DNA of 64,000 nt, from positions 512,001 to 576,000 of the forward strand of contig CAVZVA010000002.1 in NCBI GenBank assembly GCA_963778655.1, in the 5' to 3' direction. The DNA is from an uncultured delta proteobacterium (GTDB taxonomy: Bacteria > Myxococcota_A > Polyangia > Polyangiales > JAFGIB01). Shown piece after piece: positions 9,800 to 18,235 of this stretch; position 1 is the first letter of the stretch, and each line of letters begins with the position of its first letter. A program made the translations under genes and the position numbers. The notes beneath the pieces are model-generated. The model saw nothing but the letters and a program-made list of their open reading frames with translations, had not been told where the DNA came from and searched no databases.

Positions 9800-10729
9800 T
9801 CATATTCCGGGAGCTGAGACGCCGCAGCGCGCCGCGGTCCTGGCCCGCAGCTGCCGCTGCCACTCGGCGTAGGTGGTGTCAGAGGGAGGCGACACCCAGG
9901 GGTCGAGGGTGTCGACCACGTCGTACAGCTCCTCGCCGGCCTGCAGCAGCCGGCAGTTGCGCTCCGCGATCGAAGCCGCGATGCGCTCGAACGCGGTGAC
10001 GCTCCAGTCGTGGCTGTCGTGCAGCAGCACCAGCCCGCCACGCTCACCGTCGAGCTGCTGGTTGCGCGCCAGCACGCGCCAGAAGATCTTGCGCAGCTCC
10101 TCGGGATCGTGCGCCACCCAGTCGGCCAGCCCCACGTTCCACAGCACGGTCACGTAGCGGCCGTTCTCGAGCATGCGGTCGAGCACGTGGTTGCGCGAGC
10201 CGTACGGAGGCCGAAACAGATAGGTGCGGGTGCCGAAGGCACGCAAGAACATCGCCTCCGCGCTCTGCAGCTCGGTGCGCAACGCGTCTGGCGCGAGCCG
10301 CGACATGTGCACGTGGTCGAAGCCGTGCGCGCCGACCTGGTGGCCGCGCCGCGCGACCTCGCGCGCCAGCTCGACCGAATGACGATTGCGTCGCTCGCGA
10401 CTCGCGAAGCGGCTGGTGGAGAAGAAGAAGGTCGCCTTGAAGCCCCAGCGGTCCAGGGCGTCGAGCAGCCTCGGCGTGTTGTGCGCGTCGGGACCGTCGT
10501 CAAAGGTGAAGTGCAGCAGGCGCCGGTTGGTGGCGCCGGTGATGATGCCGCCGCCCTGCACCTCGGCGCCCCGCTGCGTCGAGGACAACGCGTCCACCCG
10601 GCGCGGCGCCTCAACCAGCAAGCACGCGCGCGCATGCCCGCGCAGCAGCAGCGCGCACGCGCCGGCCAGGCCGAGCGCGAGCCACTGTGCAGTCGCGCGA
10701 CGGCGACCCACCGCGAGTCTCGCCAGCAT
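9800..10729 (-). CDS. Polysaccharide deacetylase (CE4/NodB)
   Basis: TFDDGP, HGFDH, FRPPYG, LLHD; N-terminal signal-like segment. Confidence 0.9.
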   Translation of the reverse strand: MLARLAVGRRRATAQWLALGLAGACALLLRGHARACLLVEAPRRVDALSSTQRGAEVQGGGIITGATNRRLLHFTFDDGPDAHNTPRLLDALDRWGFKATFFFSTSRFASRERRNRHSVELAREVARRGHQVGAHGFDHVHMSRLAPDALRTELQSAEAMFLRAFGTRTYLFRPPYGSRNHVLDRMLENGRYVTVLWNVGLADWVAHDPEELRKIFWRVLARNQQLDGERGGLVLLHDSHDWSVTAFERIAASIAERNCRLLQAGEELYDVVDTLDPWVSPPSDTTYAEWQRQLRARTAARCGVSAPGI

Positions 10730-10800
10730 GCTGCGATTGTAACCCGCCGGGCACGCGGCTCGCGAGAAGGTCGCGCCGATCGCGCGCGCGGCCCTCGGCG

Positions 10801-11394
10801 TCAGACCCAGTCGGCGGGGCGCGCGCCGGCGGCCTGCAGGCGCAAGGCCTCGAGCCGGGGTCGAAACGCGGACCGCCTGGAGGGGGTCTTCGCCGCGGCG
10901 GCGACGGTCGGCGGGGGCAGGTAGCGCTTGCGGACCAGGCCGAAAATACGCTTGTGGTGTCGTTGCAGGTAGGTCATGAACGCATCCACGTCGTAGAAGG
11001 TGGTGCCCACCTCCTCGGCGTTGACCTCGCACCCGGTCTCGTCAAATTCGCGACAGATCAGCGGCCGGTGCTCATAGATCCCGCAGCGGTTGTCGGCCTG
11101 CAGGTGGCGGCAGCGGGTGTCCATCTGCACCATCCAGGACTCGCCGTCCGCGTACACCGACACGCCTTGGTGGTAGAGGTACCACAGGATCTCGTTGGCG
11201 CCGCGCAGCGTGCTCGGCGGGTCGATCTCGACGGCCACGTAGCTGCAGCACAGCGCGCACTGTAGGCAGGGCACCTGCGTCCGCCCGTTCGCCAGCACCG
11301 GCAGCTTGCGGGCGGAGGGCTTGGCGCGCTCGCGCGCGGTCTTGGGCTTGGACAGGCTGCGCTTCGTGCGCCCGTTGGAGGGTCGTTTGGGCAT
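10801..11394 (-). CDS. YkgJ/UPF0153 cysteine-cluster protein
   Basis: CLQCALCC...CRHL...CGIYEHRPLICR. Confidence 0.85.
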   Translation of the reverse strand: MPKRPSNGRTKRSLSKPKTARERAKPSARKLPVLANGRTQVPCLQCALCCSYVAVEIDPPSTLRGANEILWYLYHQGVSVYADGESWMVQMDTRCRHLQADNRCGIYEHRPLICREFDETGCEVNAEEVGTTFYDVDAFMTYLQRHHKRIFGLVRKRYLPPPTVAAAAKTPSRRSAFRPRLEALRLQAAGARPADWV

Positions 11395-11408
11395 GGGCGC
11401 AGTTGTAG

Positions 11409-12095
11409 TCAACCGGGTTCGATCCGCAAGAGCTCCCGCGCACTGTGTTGGACGCGTTCCAGATCGATTTCGATACCGAAGTTGAGCAGCGTGGTCAGAC
11501 CGAGCGCGGCCGCGACCAGCCACGCGGCCAGCAAATCGGCGTCGACCGGAGTATGGACCGTGCCGGCGAGCTGGCCGTTGCGGGCGGCGTCGGCCAGGCG
11601 TGTCAGGGCGTGCTCGATCAACAGCTTGAAGCGCGCGCGCATCTTGTCCGCGCGCGGCACGCCGCGCGTCATCAAATGCAGGATCAGCCTTTGCTGGCCC
11701 ATCAACGGCACCCTGCCGCTCGAAGCCGCGGTCAAGAAGCGGCCGATCGTATCGCTGAGATCGTTGGCGCTCTGGCTGGCGGCCACCACTGAATCCACGA
11801 AGTCGACCAGCACGCGCTCGATCACGCAGGCCAGGAAGTCGTCGCGGTCGCGGAAGTGCACGTAGAACGCGCCGCGGGTGAACCCGGCACGCGCGCAGAT
11901 CGCGTCCAGGCTCGGCAGGTCCACGCCCTCCTCGGAGAATAGGCTCATGCCCGCGCGCAGCAGCGCTTCGCGCGTTTCCTGCTTCGCAGCCTGCCGGGAT
12001 TTCGCCTTGCCGTCGCCCACCACGCCTGCTCGCCTCCGCCGGGGACCCGCCGCCCGGCCCGAGCCCACCGCCTTCGAATGTGTGCTCGGGCTCAT
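11409..12095 (-). CDS. TetR/AcrR family transcriptional regulator
   Basis: TREALLRAG..F...SLDAICARAGFTRGAFYVHF. Confidence 0.9.
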   Translation of the reverse strand: MSPSTHSKAVGSGRAAGPRRRRAGVVGDGKAKSRQAAKQETREALLRAGMSLFSEEGVDLPSLDAICARAGFTRGAFYVHFRDRDDFLACVIERVLVDFVDSVVAASQSANDLSDTIGRFLTAASSGRVPLMGQQRLILHLMTRGVPRADKMRARFKLLIEHALTRLADAARNGQLAGTVHTPVDADLLAAWLVAAALGLTTLLNFGIEIDLERVQHSARELLRIEPG

Positions 12096-12149
12096 AGCCG
12101 GCAAGCGGCCCGCCACGCAAGGGCCGTGGCCGCGATGCTACGGCGCGGC

Positions 12150-13619
12150 CTATGCCAGCTGCGAGTCCGTGTCGAGGGACGCCGCGCGTCGGCGGCGGCG
12201 GCCCAGCCGGCGCAGCACGCTCTGTGCGGCGAAGTAGCCGCACATCCCGTGTACGCCGCCGCCGGGCGGCGTGGCCGCAGAGCACAGGAACAGCCGCGGG
12301 TTGGGCGTGCTGTAGGGATCGAGGCGCGCGACTGGGCGCGTGAAGAGCTGACCGAGGTCGGCCGCGCCGCCCGCGATCACCCCGCCCACCAGGCTCTCGT
12401 TGTAGCGCTCGAGATCGGCCGGCGCGTGGGCCTTGCGCGCCAGCACCAGATCGCGAAAGCCGGGCGCGAAGCGCTCGATCTGGGCCTCGATGCGCGCGCC
12501 GACGTCGAGCGTCGAGCCGTAAGGCACGTGGCAGTACGCGTAGCCGGTGTGGCGCCCGACCGGCGCGCGCGAGGGGTCGAACATGCTCTGCTGCGCGACC
12601 AGCACGAAGGGTCGCTCGTGGTGCTGCCCGGCGAACGCGGCGGCCTCGGAGGCCGCGATCTCCTGCAGCGTGCCGCCCAGGTGCACGGTCGAGGCACGGG
12701 CGCACTCCGGATCGCGCCAGGGGATGGGCCCGGAAAGGGCCCAGTCGAGCTTGAACACGCCGGGCCCGTAGCGGTAGCGCGCGAGGCGGCGCAGGTAGCC
12801 GGCCGGCAACTGCTCGCCGGCGATTTGCGACAGCTGCTTGGGGGCCAGGTCGAACAGGTACGCGCGCGCTTCGGGCAACTCGCGCAGCGCAGCCACGCGC
12901 CGCCCGGTTTCGATGCGGCCGCCGAGCGCGCGCAAGTAGGAGGCCAGCGCGGCGGCGACGGCCTGCGAGCCACCTCGTGCGACCGGCCAGTCGCACAGGT
13001 GACCGGTCAGCGCGAACAGCAGCCCGACCGCGCCGGTGCCGAGCTTGTCGAGCGGCAGGATGGAGTGCGCGGCGCAGCCCGCGAGCAGGGCGCGCGCGCG
13101 CCGCTCGGCGAACAGGCCGCCCCCCAGGCGCAGCGCGGAGCGCAGGCCGTAGAAGCCGAAGCGCGCCATGGCCAGCGGATGGCGCGGCCAGCGCAATGGC
13201 CCGAGCAGGTCGGCGAGCAGCGGCGTGCCCACGCGCACGAAGGCCTGCATCAGCTTGCGGTACGCGTGCGCGTCGCGGCCGAGGCGTTCGGCCGTGGCCT
13301 CGAACGAGCGCTCCAGGGTGACGGCGGGGCCGTCATCGAGCGGGTGCGCGAAGGACAGCGGCGGGCTCACCCACTGCAGGCCGTGCTGCGCCAGCGGCAG
13401 GGTGGAGAGGAAGGGCGAGAGCACGCCCAGCGGGTGCACGGCGGAGCACACGTCGTGGTGAAAGCCGGGCAGCGTGAGCTCGGCCGTGCGCGTGCCGCCG
13501 CCGGGCTCGGAGTGCGCCTCCAGCACCAGCACCGAGAGACCCTGCTGCGCCAGGGCCACGGCCGCGGCGAGCCCGTTGGGCCCTGAGCCGATGATCACCG
13601 CGTCGAGCTCGCCCGTCAC
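12150..13619 (-). CDS. Phytoene dehydrogenase-like FAD-dependent oxidoreductase
   Basis: IIGSGPNGLAAA, HDVCSAVHP, CSAATPPGGGVHGMCG. Confidence 0.85.
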   Translation of the reverse strand: MTGELDAVIIGSGPNGLAAAVALAQQGLSVLVLEAHSEPGGGTRTAELTLPGFHHDVCSAVHPLGVLSPFLSTLPLAQHGLQWVSPPLSFAHPLDDGPAVTLERSFEATAERLGRDAHAYRKLMQAFVRVGTPLLADLLGPLRWPRHPLAMARFGFYGLRSALRLGGGLFAERRARALLAGCAAHSILPLDKLGTGAVGLLFALTGHLCDWPVARGGSQAVAAALASYLRALGGRIETGRRVAALRELPEARAYLFDLAPKQLSQIAGEQLPAGYLRRLARYRYGPGVFKLDWALSGPIPWRDPECARASTVHLGGTLQEIAASEAAAFAGQHHERPFVLVAQQSMFDPSRAPVGRHTGYAYCHVPYGSTLDVGARIEAQIERFAPGFRDLVLARKAHAPADLERYNESLVGGVIAGGAADLGQLFTRPVARLDPYSTPNPRLFLCSAATPPGGGVHGMCGYFAAQSVLRRLGRRRRRAASLDTDSQLA

Positions 13620-13700
13620 GTAGCCTCGAGAACGAAAGAGCCGCTTATAGCATGCGCGGCGCACCCGAGGGCGAGCTGGTGTCGGCCACGCCTGTCATGA

Positions 13701-13720
13701 AACAGCAAGCCGGGAAGAGC
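13701..13720 (+). repeat. Half copy (left arm) of REP-like family A
   Basis: AACAGCAAGCCGGGAAGAGC resembles the left arm of copies at 15029 and 29358 (rc). Confidence 0.45.
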
Positions 13721-13784
13721 AGCTGTGTCTCGTTGTGCGCGGGATGCGCGGCGCGCCGCTCCGGGAGCGGCTACAGTTGCGGCC

Positions 13785-14945
13785 ATGCGGAAACCCGACC
13801 TGCCGCCTGCGTCGCTCGAGCCGGCCGAGGCGGTGCTCAAGTTCCTGGCCAGCATAGGCTCCAGCGCCGACGCCGAGCTCTACCTGCGGCTGTTTCGCTC
13901 GCGGGCGCCCGAGGGCTTCGCCACACTCGCGGTCGAGGCCGCCGCGCTCGAGCACGACGCCGACGGCGTGGCGCTCGATCTGCGCTTCCTGCACGCGCTC
14001 GATCTCACCCCCGTCGTGGTGTTGGGCATGGACGCGGACGAGCCGCAAGCCGCGGCGACACACCGGCAGGACCTGGCCGAGCTGCTGCGCCGCTCGGGGC
14101 TGCAAAGCTTGCTGCATACCACCGCCGGCCCCTACGACCAGGTGGTGGCCGCGGCGAGAGCCGGGGTGATTCCGTTGCTGCTGGCCAGCGGTGCCGACCA
14201 CGGCAGCAGGCTCGAGTCGCTGGCGCACACACTGGCGGCGTTGCGCACGCACAAGTTGATCTTCCTGGGGCCGCTGGGAGGGCTGCGGCTGCACGGCAAG
14301 CCGCTCAACATGGTCAACTTGAACACCGACTACGAGTCGCTGGAGCAAGAGCTGCTGCTGCAGCCTCACCAGCGCAGGCTGCTCGAGGACAGCCGCCGCT
14401 TGATCCTCGAGCTGGTCCCTCACCGTATACTGGTGTCGCTGACCTCACCGCTGAACCTGCTGCACGAGCTGTTCACGGTGAAAGGCGCAGGCACGTTGCT
14501 GCGCAAGGGGGTCGCGATCCGCCGCCACGACGGCTATGCGGGCGTGGACCTGCCGCGGCTGCGCGCGCTGCTCGCGTCGAGCTTCGGCAAGGCGCCGAGC
14601 GAGGCGCTGTGGAGCCGCCCGCTCGAGCACGCCTACATCGAGGAGGGCTACCGCGGCGCCGCGCTGCTGCATCGCACGGAGCTAGGCGGCTACCTGTCGA
14701 AGTTCGCGGTCACGCGCGAGGCCCAGGGCGAGGGCATCGGCCAGGACCTGTGGAGCGCGCTGTGCACCGACTACGCGGCACTGCTGTGGCGGGCCAGGCG
14801 CGATAATCCGATCCGCCCCTGGTACGAGCGCAACTGCCAGGGCCGCTTCGAGACCGACGGCTGGTCAGTCTACTTCCGCGGCCTGCGCCCGGAGCAGCTC
14901 CCCCAGGCCATCGCACTCGCCCTCTCCCAACCCCTCGACTTCTAA
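13785..14945 (+). CDS. NAGS/K-type protein: degenerate acetylglutamate kinase domain plus C-terminal NAT (DUF619) domain
   Basis: LLHELFTVKGAGTL, SSFGK, YLSKFAVTREAQGEGIG.DLW, WRAR.DNPI.PWY. Confidence 0.8.
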   Translation: MRKPDLPPASLEPAEAVLKFLASIGSSADAELYLRLFRSRAPEGFATLAVEAAALEHDADGVALDLRFLHALDLTPVVVLGMDADEPQAAATHRQDLAELLRRSGLQSLLHTTAGPYDQVVAAARAGVIPLLLASGADHGSRLESLAHTLAALRTHKLIFLGPLGGLRLHGKPLNMVNLNTDYESLEQELLLQPHQRRLLEDSRRLILELVPHRILVSLTSPLNLLHELFTVKGAGTLLRKGVAIRRHDGYAGVDLPRLRALLASSFGKAPSEALWSRPLEHAYIEEGYRGAALLHRTELGGYLSKFAVTREAQGEGIGQDLWSALCTDYAALLWRARRDNPIRPWYERNCQGRFETDGWSVYFRGLRPEQLPQAIALALSQPLDF

Positions 14946-15007
14946 CCCCTGCCCCTGCCCTACCCCTACCCCTACCCCTACCCCTGCCCCTGCCCCCGCC
15001 CCTGCCC
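14946..15007 (+). repeat. (CCCCTR)n hexamer tandem repeat, about 10 units
   Basis: CCCCTG/CCCCTA units directly after the stop codon. Confidence 0.95.
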
Positions 15008-15028
15008 GTCCTCGTCCCCCGGAGCTGC

Positions 15029-15095
15029 AACAGCAAGACGGGAAGGCGGAAAGGGCGTGTCTACGCTTGGCTTCCCGCCTTCCTGTGAATCTCTT
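15029..15095 (+). repeat. REP-like intergenic palindrome, family A copy
   Basis: AACAGCAAGACGGGAAGGCGGAAAG-N17-CTTCCCGCCTTCCTGTGAATCTCTT between convergent genes. Confidence 0.8.
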
Positions 15096-15119
15096 CAACC
15101 GGCCGGCGCTCGCGGCCTT

Positions 15120-16136
15120 TCAACCCATCGGGTACATGATCTCGCGGCTGAGCTTGTCGACCGCCTCGAGCGCCGCAGGCGGGAGCTTCGCCTCCGCGCC
15201 GGCCAGCAGCTGGTCGAGCTGAGCCGGGCTGGTGGCGCCGACGATGGTCGAGCCGACGTAGTCGCGGCTGAGCGTCCAGGCCACGGCAAAGGCGACCGGC
15301 GAGAGCCCGTGCTCGGACGCGAGCTGCACCACGCGCGCGGTGGTCCGCAGCGTCTTGTCGTTGACGAAGCGGCGCGTCATGGTCTCGGTGCGCGCGCCGC
15401 CCTTGCGGTAGCCGCTGAAGCGCGCCCCCTCGGGCCACGCGCCGTCCTGGTACTTTCCGCTGAGCACACCGCCGGCGATCGGGCTGTAGGGCAACAAGCT
15501 CACCTGCTCGCGCCGGCACAGGTTGGCGAGCTCGTCCTCGAAGCGCCGGTTGAGCAGGCTGAAGTTGTTCTGGATCGTGTGGTAGCGCGGCAACCCCTCG
15601 TACTTGGATACGTACAGCGCCTGCGTGAGCCCGTAGGCGTTCTCGTTGCTGCAGCCCACGTAACGCACCTTGCCGGCCTCGACCACGCGCGCGAGCGCCT
15701 CCAGCGTCTGCTCGATCGGCAGCTCGGGGTCGGGCCAGTGCGTCTGGTAGAGGTCGATGTAGTCGGTGCCCAGGCGTTGCAGGCTGGCGTCGACCGCGCG
15801 CTCGACGTGATGCCGATCGAGCGCGGTGCGCCCGCCGCGCACCGGCGGCAGGAACCAGCCGCCGCCCGGTCCGGCGACCTTGGTCGCGATCACCACCGAG
15901 TCGCGCGCGCGGCCCTTGAGCCACTTGCCGACGATGCGCTCGGTGCGGCCGGCCCATTCGGCGTTGGGCGGCACGGGATAGAGCTCGGCGGCGTCGAGGA
16001 AGTCGACCCCGGCGTCGAACGCCTTGTCGAGAATCGCCAGCGAAGCGCTCTCGTCAGCCATGTTGCCGAAGGTCATCGTGCCCAGGCACACCTCGGACAC
16101 GGTCAGGCCGCTCCTGCCCAAACGTCGTCGCCTCAT
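15120..16136 (-). CDS. Aldo/keto reductase (Tas-like)
   Basis: CLGTMTFG, DAAELYPVP, IATKV, DLYQTHWP, YSPIAGG. Confidence 0.92.
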   Translation of the reverse strand: MRRRRLGRSGLTVSEVCLGTMTFGNMADESASLAILDKAFDAGVDFLDAAELYPVPPNAEWAGRTERIVGKWLKGRARDSVVIATKVAGPGGGWFLPPVRGGRTALDRHHVERAVDASLQRLGTDYIDLYQTHWPDPELPIEQTLEALARVVEAGKVRYVGCSNENAYGLTQALYVSKYEGLPRYHTIQNNFSLLNRRFEDELANLCRREQVSLLPYSPIAGGVLSGKYQDGAWPEGARFSGYRKGGARTETMTRRFVNDKTLRTTARVVQLASEHGLSPVAFAVAWTLSRDYVGSTIVGATSPAQLDQLLAGAEAKLPPAALEAVDKLSREIMYPMG

Positions 16137-16296
16137 CGCCGCCGCACCTCCTGTGGGGAAACGGGCACTGTACACCGCCCGGGCGGGGGCAGCGAGCACC
16201 GCGCGCACCCCGAAATCGGGGTCGCTCGCAAGCCCGCCGCAATCCGGTAGAATCGTCCCCGAAATGGACCGTCTACCGGGGGTCAGGAGCGTGATC

Positions 16297-17154
16297 ATGG
16301 CACTGCCACGAGCCGCCTGCGTCGGCACACTTGCCCTCCTCTTGCTGGCATGGCCGGGCGGCTCGGCCCGCGCCGACGAGGCCGAGGGCCACTACCGGAT
16401 GGGGCTCGCCTCCGAGCGCAAGGGCGACCTCGCGGGCGCCGCGCGCGAGGTCCAAGAGGCGGTGCGGCAGCGGCCGCAGTTCGCCGCGGCCTGGCTCACG
16501 CTCGGCGGCATCGAGCGCAAGCAGGGCCATCTGGACGCCGCGCTCCAGGCCTTCGAGAAGGTCATCGCGCTCACGCCCAAGCAGGCGCAGGCCTACGCGC
16601 TCGGCGGGGCGGTGCTGATCCGGCTCAAGAAATACGATCAGGCGGTGGAACGGCTGCGCAAGGCGATCGAGCTCGATCCCGACGACCGCCAGAGCGTGTC
16701 GAATCTGGGCGTGGCGCTGCGCAAGCTGGGCCGCAACGACGACGCGATCAAGGTCATGGACGACCAGGTCAAGCGGACGCCCGACGACCCCGAGCTGCTC
16801 AACAACCTCGCGGTCGCCCTGCGCCAGCAACGCCGCTACGAGGAGGCGATCGTGCACCTGGAGCACGCGCTCGAGCTCAAGCCGGCCGACGTCAGGTTGC
16901 AGCGCAATCTCGCGATCACGCTGCGCGGCGCCGAGCGCTGGAAGGAGGCGATCCCACGCTATCAGGCGGTGCTCGCCGCGGACCCGAACGACGCTGCGAT
17001 GCTCTACGACCTGGCCAACTGCTACGAGAAGCTCGGCGACAATAAAGAGGCGGTGCGGACCTACCGCCGCTATGTGGACGTGGTCCGCGCCAAGGACCCG
17101 GCGGCGGCGGGCCGCGGCCAGGACCGGATCAAGGCGCTCGAGCACATGCCCTGA
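16297..17154 (+). CDS. Exported TPR-repeat protein
   Basis: Signal peptide and several TPR motifs (NLGVAL, NNLAVAL, YDLANCY). Confidence 0.85.
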   Translation: MALPRAACVGTLALLLLAWPGGSARADEAEGHYRMGLASERKGDLAGAAREVQEAVRQRPQFAAAWLTLGGIERKQGHLDAALQAFEKVIALTPKQAQAYALGGAVLIRLKKYDQAVERLRKAIELDPDDRQSVSNLGVALRKLGRNDDAIKVMDDQVKRTPDDPELLNNLAVALRQQRRYEEAIVHLEHALELKPADVRLQRNLAITLRGAERWKEAIPRYQAVLAADPNDAAMLYDLANCYEKLGDNKEAVRTYRRYVDVVRAKDPAAAGRGQDRIKALEHMP

Positions 17155-17243
17155 ACGCGTGAGCCGCCAAGCTCGCCGCGGCAGAACGCCGCGGCCAGGC
17201 TGCGCCTCGGCTCCAAGTCTCCGAAACGATTGATCACCAGGCT

Positions 17244-17260
17244 CGGCACGGGGCGTGCAT
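17244..17260 (+). promoter_or_regulatory. Putative sigma-54 (-24/-12) promoter
   Basis: CGGCACG-GGGC-GTGCAT, GG-N10-GC spacing, about 25 bp upstream of the ATG at 17283 with GGAGA RBS. Confidence 0.5.
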
Positions 17261-17282
17261 GGTGCCCGGGTGGAGAGCCACC

Positions 17283-18077
17283 ATGGGCATCTATTCGCGG
17301 GATGAGGGCTGGGCGCGTTACCGGGCGCGCGCCGCGAGGTACGACCACCTGACCGTCGAGCAGGAGGTCGAGCTGGCGGAGCGCTGGCGCGACGGCGATG
17401 AGCGCGCAGGAACGCGGCTGATCGCCTGCAACCTACGGCACGTGGTCGCGATCGCGTTGGACTATCGGCGCTGGGGCGTGCCGATCGACGATCTGATCCA
17501 GCAGGGCAGCATCGGCTTGCTCAAGGCGGCCCGGCGCTTCGATCCGAGCCAGGGCACCTCGCTGAAGGCCTATGCCAGCTACTGGATTCGGGCGGAGATC
17601 CGCGACTACGTGGTGCGCGGCTACCGCATCGTGCGCCTGGGGACGACCCGCACCGAGCGCCGGGCGTTGCGCGCGTTTCGCACCAGCGACGTGGAGAACG
17701 CGCAGGAGCTCGCGGCGCGCAGCGGCATGCCCGAAGCGCGCTGCCGGCTGCTATGGCCGCTGCTCTCGCACGCGGACCGCTCGCTCGACAGCGATTCCAG
17801 CGGCGGCACGCCGGGCCGCGACCTGCTACGGGACGGCGGGCCCGATCCGGAGAGCGCCGCGCTGCGCCGGGAGGCCAGCCAGCGCGCGCGCACGCGGGTC
17901 GAGCTGGCGATGGCGGCGCTCTCAGAGCGCGAGCGCCGCATCGTGTGGGCGCGCATGGCCGGAGACGAGCCGGAAACCCTGGATCAGCTCGGCAAGCGCC
18001 TGGGCGTCAGCCGCGAGCGCGTGCGCCAGCTCGAGTCGAGAGCCAAAGACAAGCTCCGCGAAGCCCTCTCGGCTTGA
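17283..18077 (+). CDS. Sigma-70 family factor, RpoH/sigma-32-like
   Basis: NLRHVV, DLIQQGSIGLLKAARRFDP, YWIRAEI, TLDQLG..LGVSRERVRQLE. Confidence 0.9.
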   Translation: MGIYSRDEGWARYRARAARYDHLTVEQEVELAERWRDGDERAGTRLIACNLRHVVAIALDYRRWGVPIDDLIQQGSIGLLKAARRFDPSQGTSLKAYASYWIRAEIRDYVVRGYRIVRLGTTRTERRALRAFRTSDVENAQELAARSGMPEARCRLLWPLLSHADRSLDSDSSGGTPGRDLLRDGGPDPESAALRREASQRARTRVELAMAALSERERRIVWARMAGDEPETLDQLGKRLGVSRERVRQLESRAKDKLREALSA

Positions 18078-18206
18078 GCTTGGGTCCAGAAACGTCTGGG
18101 TCCAGAAACGTCCAGGAGCGGCTTACGGATCTGCGAAGTACGCCGAGTACTCCTCCGTCCGGGGCTCCGGGCGCGCTCGCTCCTGAACGCTTCTGGACCC
18201 AAGCTC
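18076..18206. mobile_element. MITE-like palindromic element (family B hairpin) with 16-bp terminal IRs and an internal 16-bp tandem duplication
   Basis: GAGCTTGGGTCCAGAA / TTCTGGACCCAAGCTC perfect IR; TGGGTCCAGAAACGTC x2; central GAAGTAC-GCCGA-GTACTCC. Confidence 0.6.
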
Positions 18207-18235
18207 GCGTGCCCGGCACCCCGCTTTCGTTTGGC

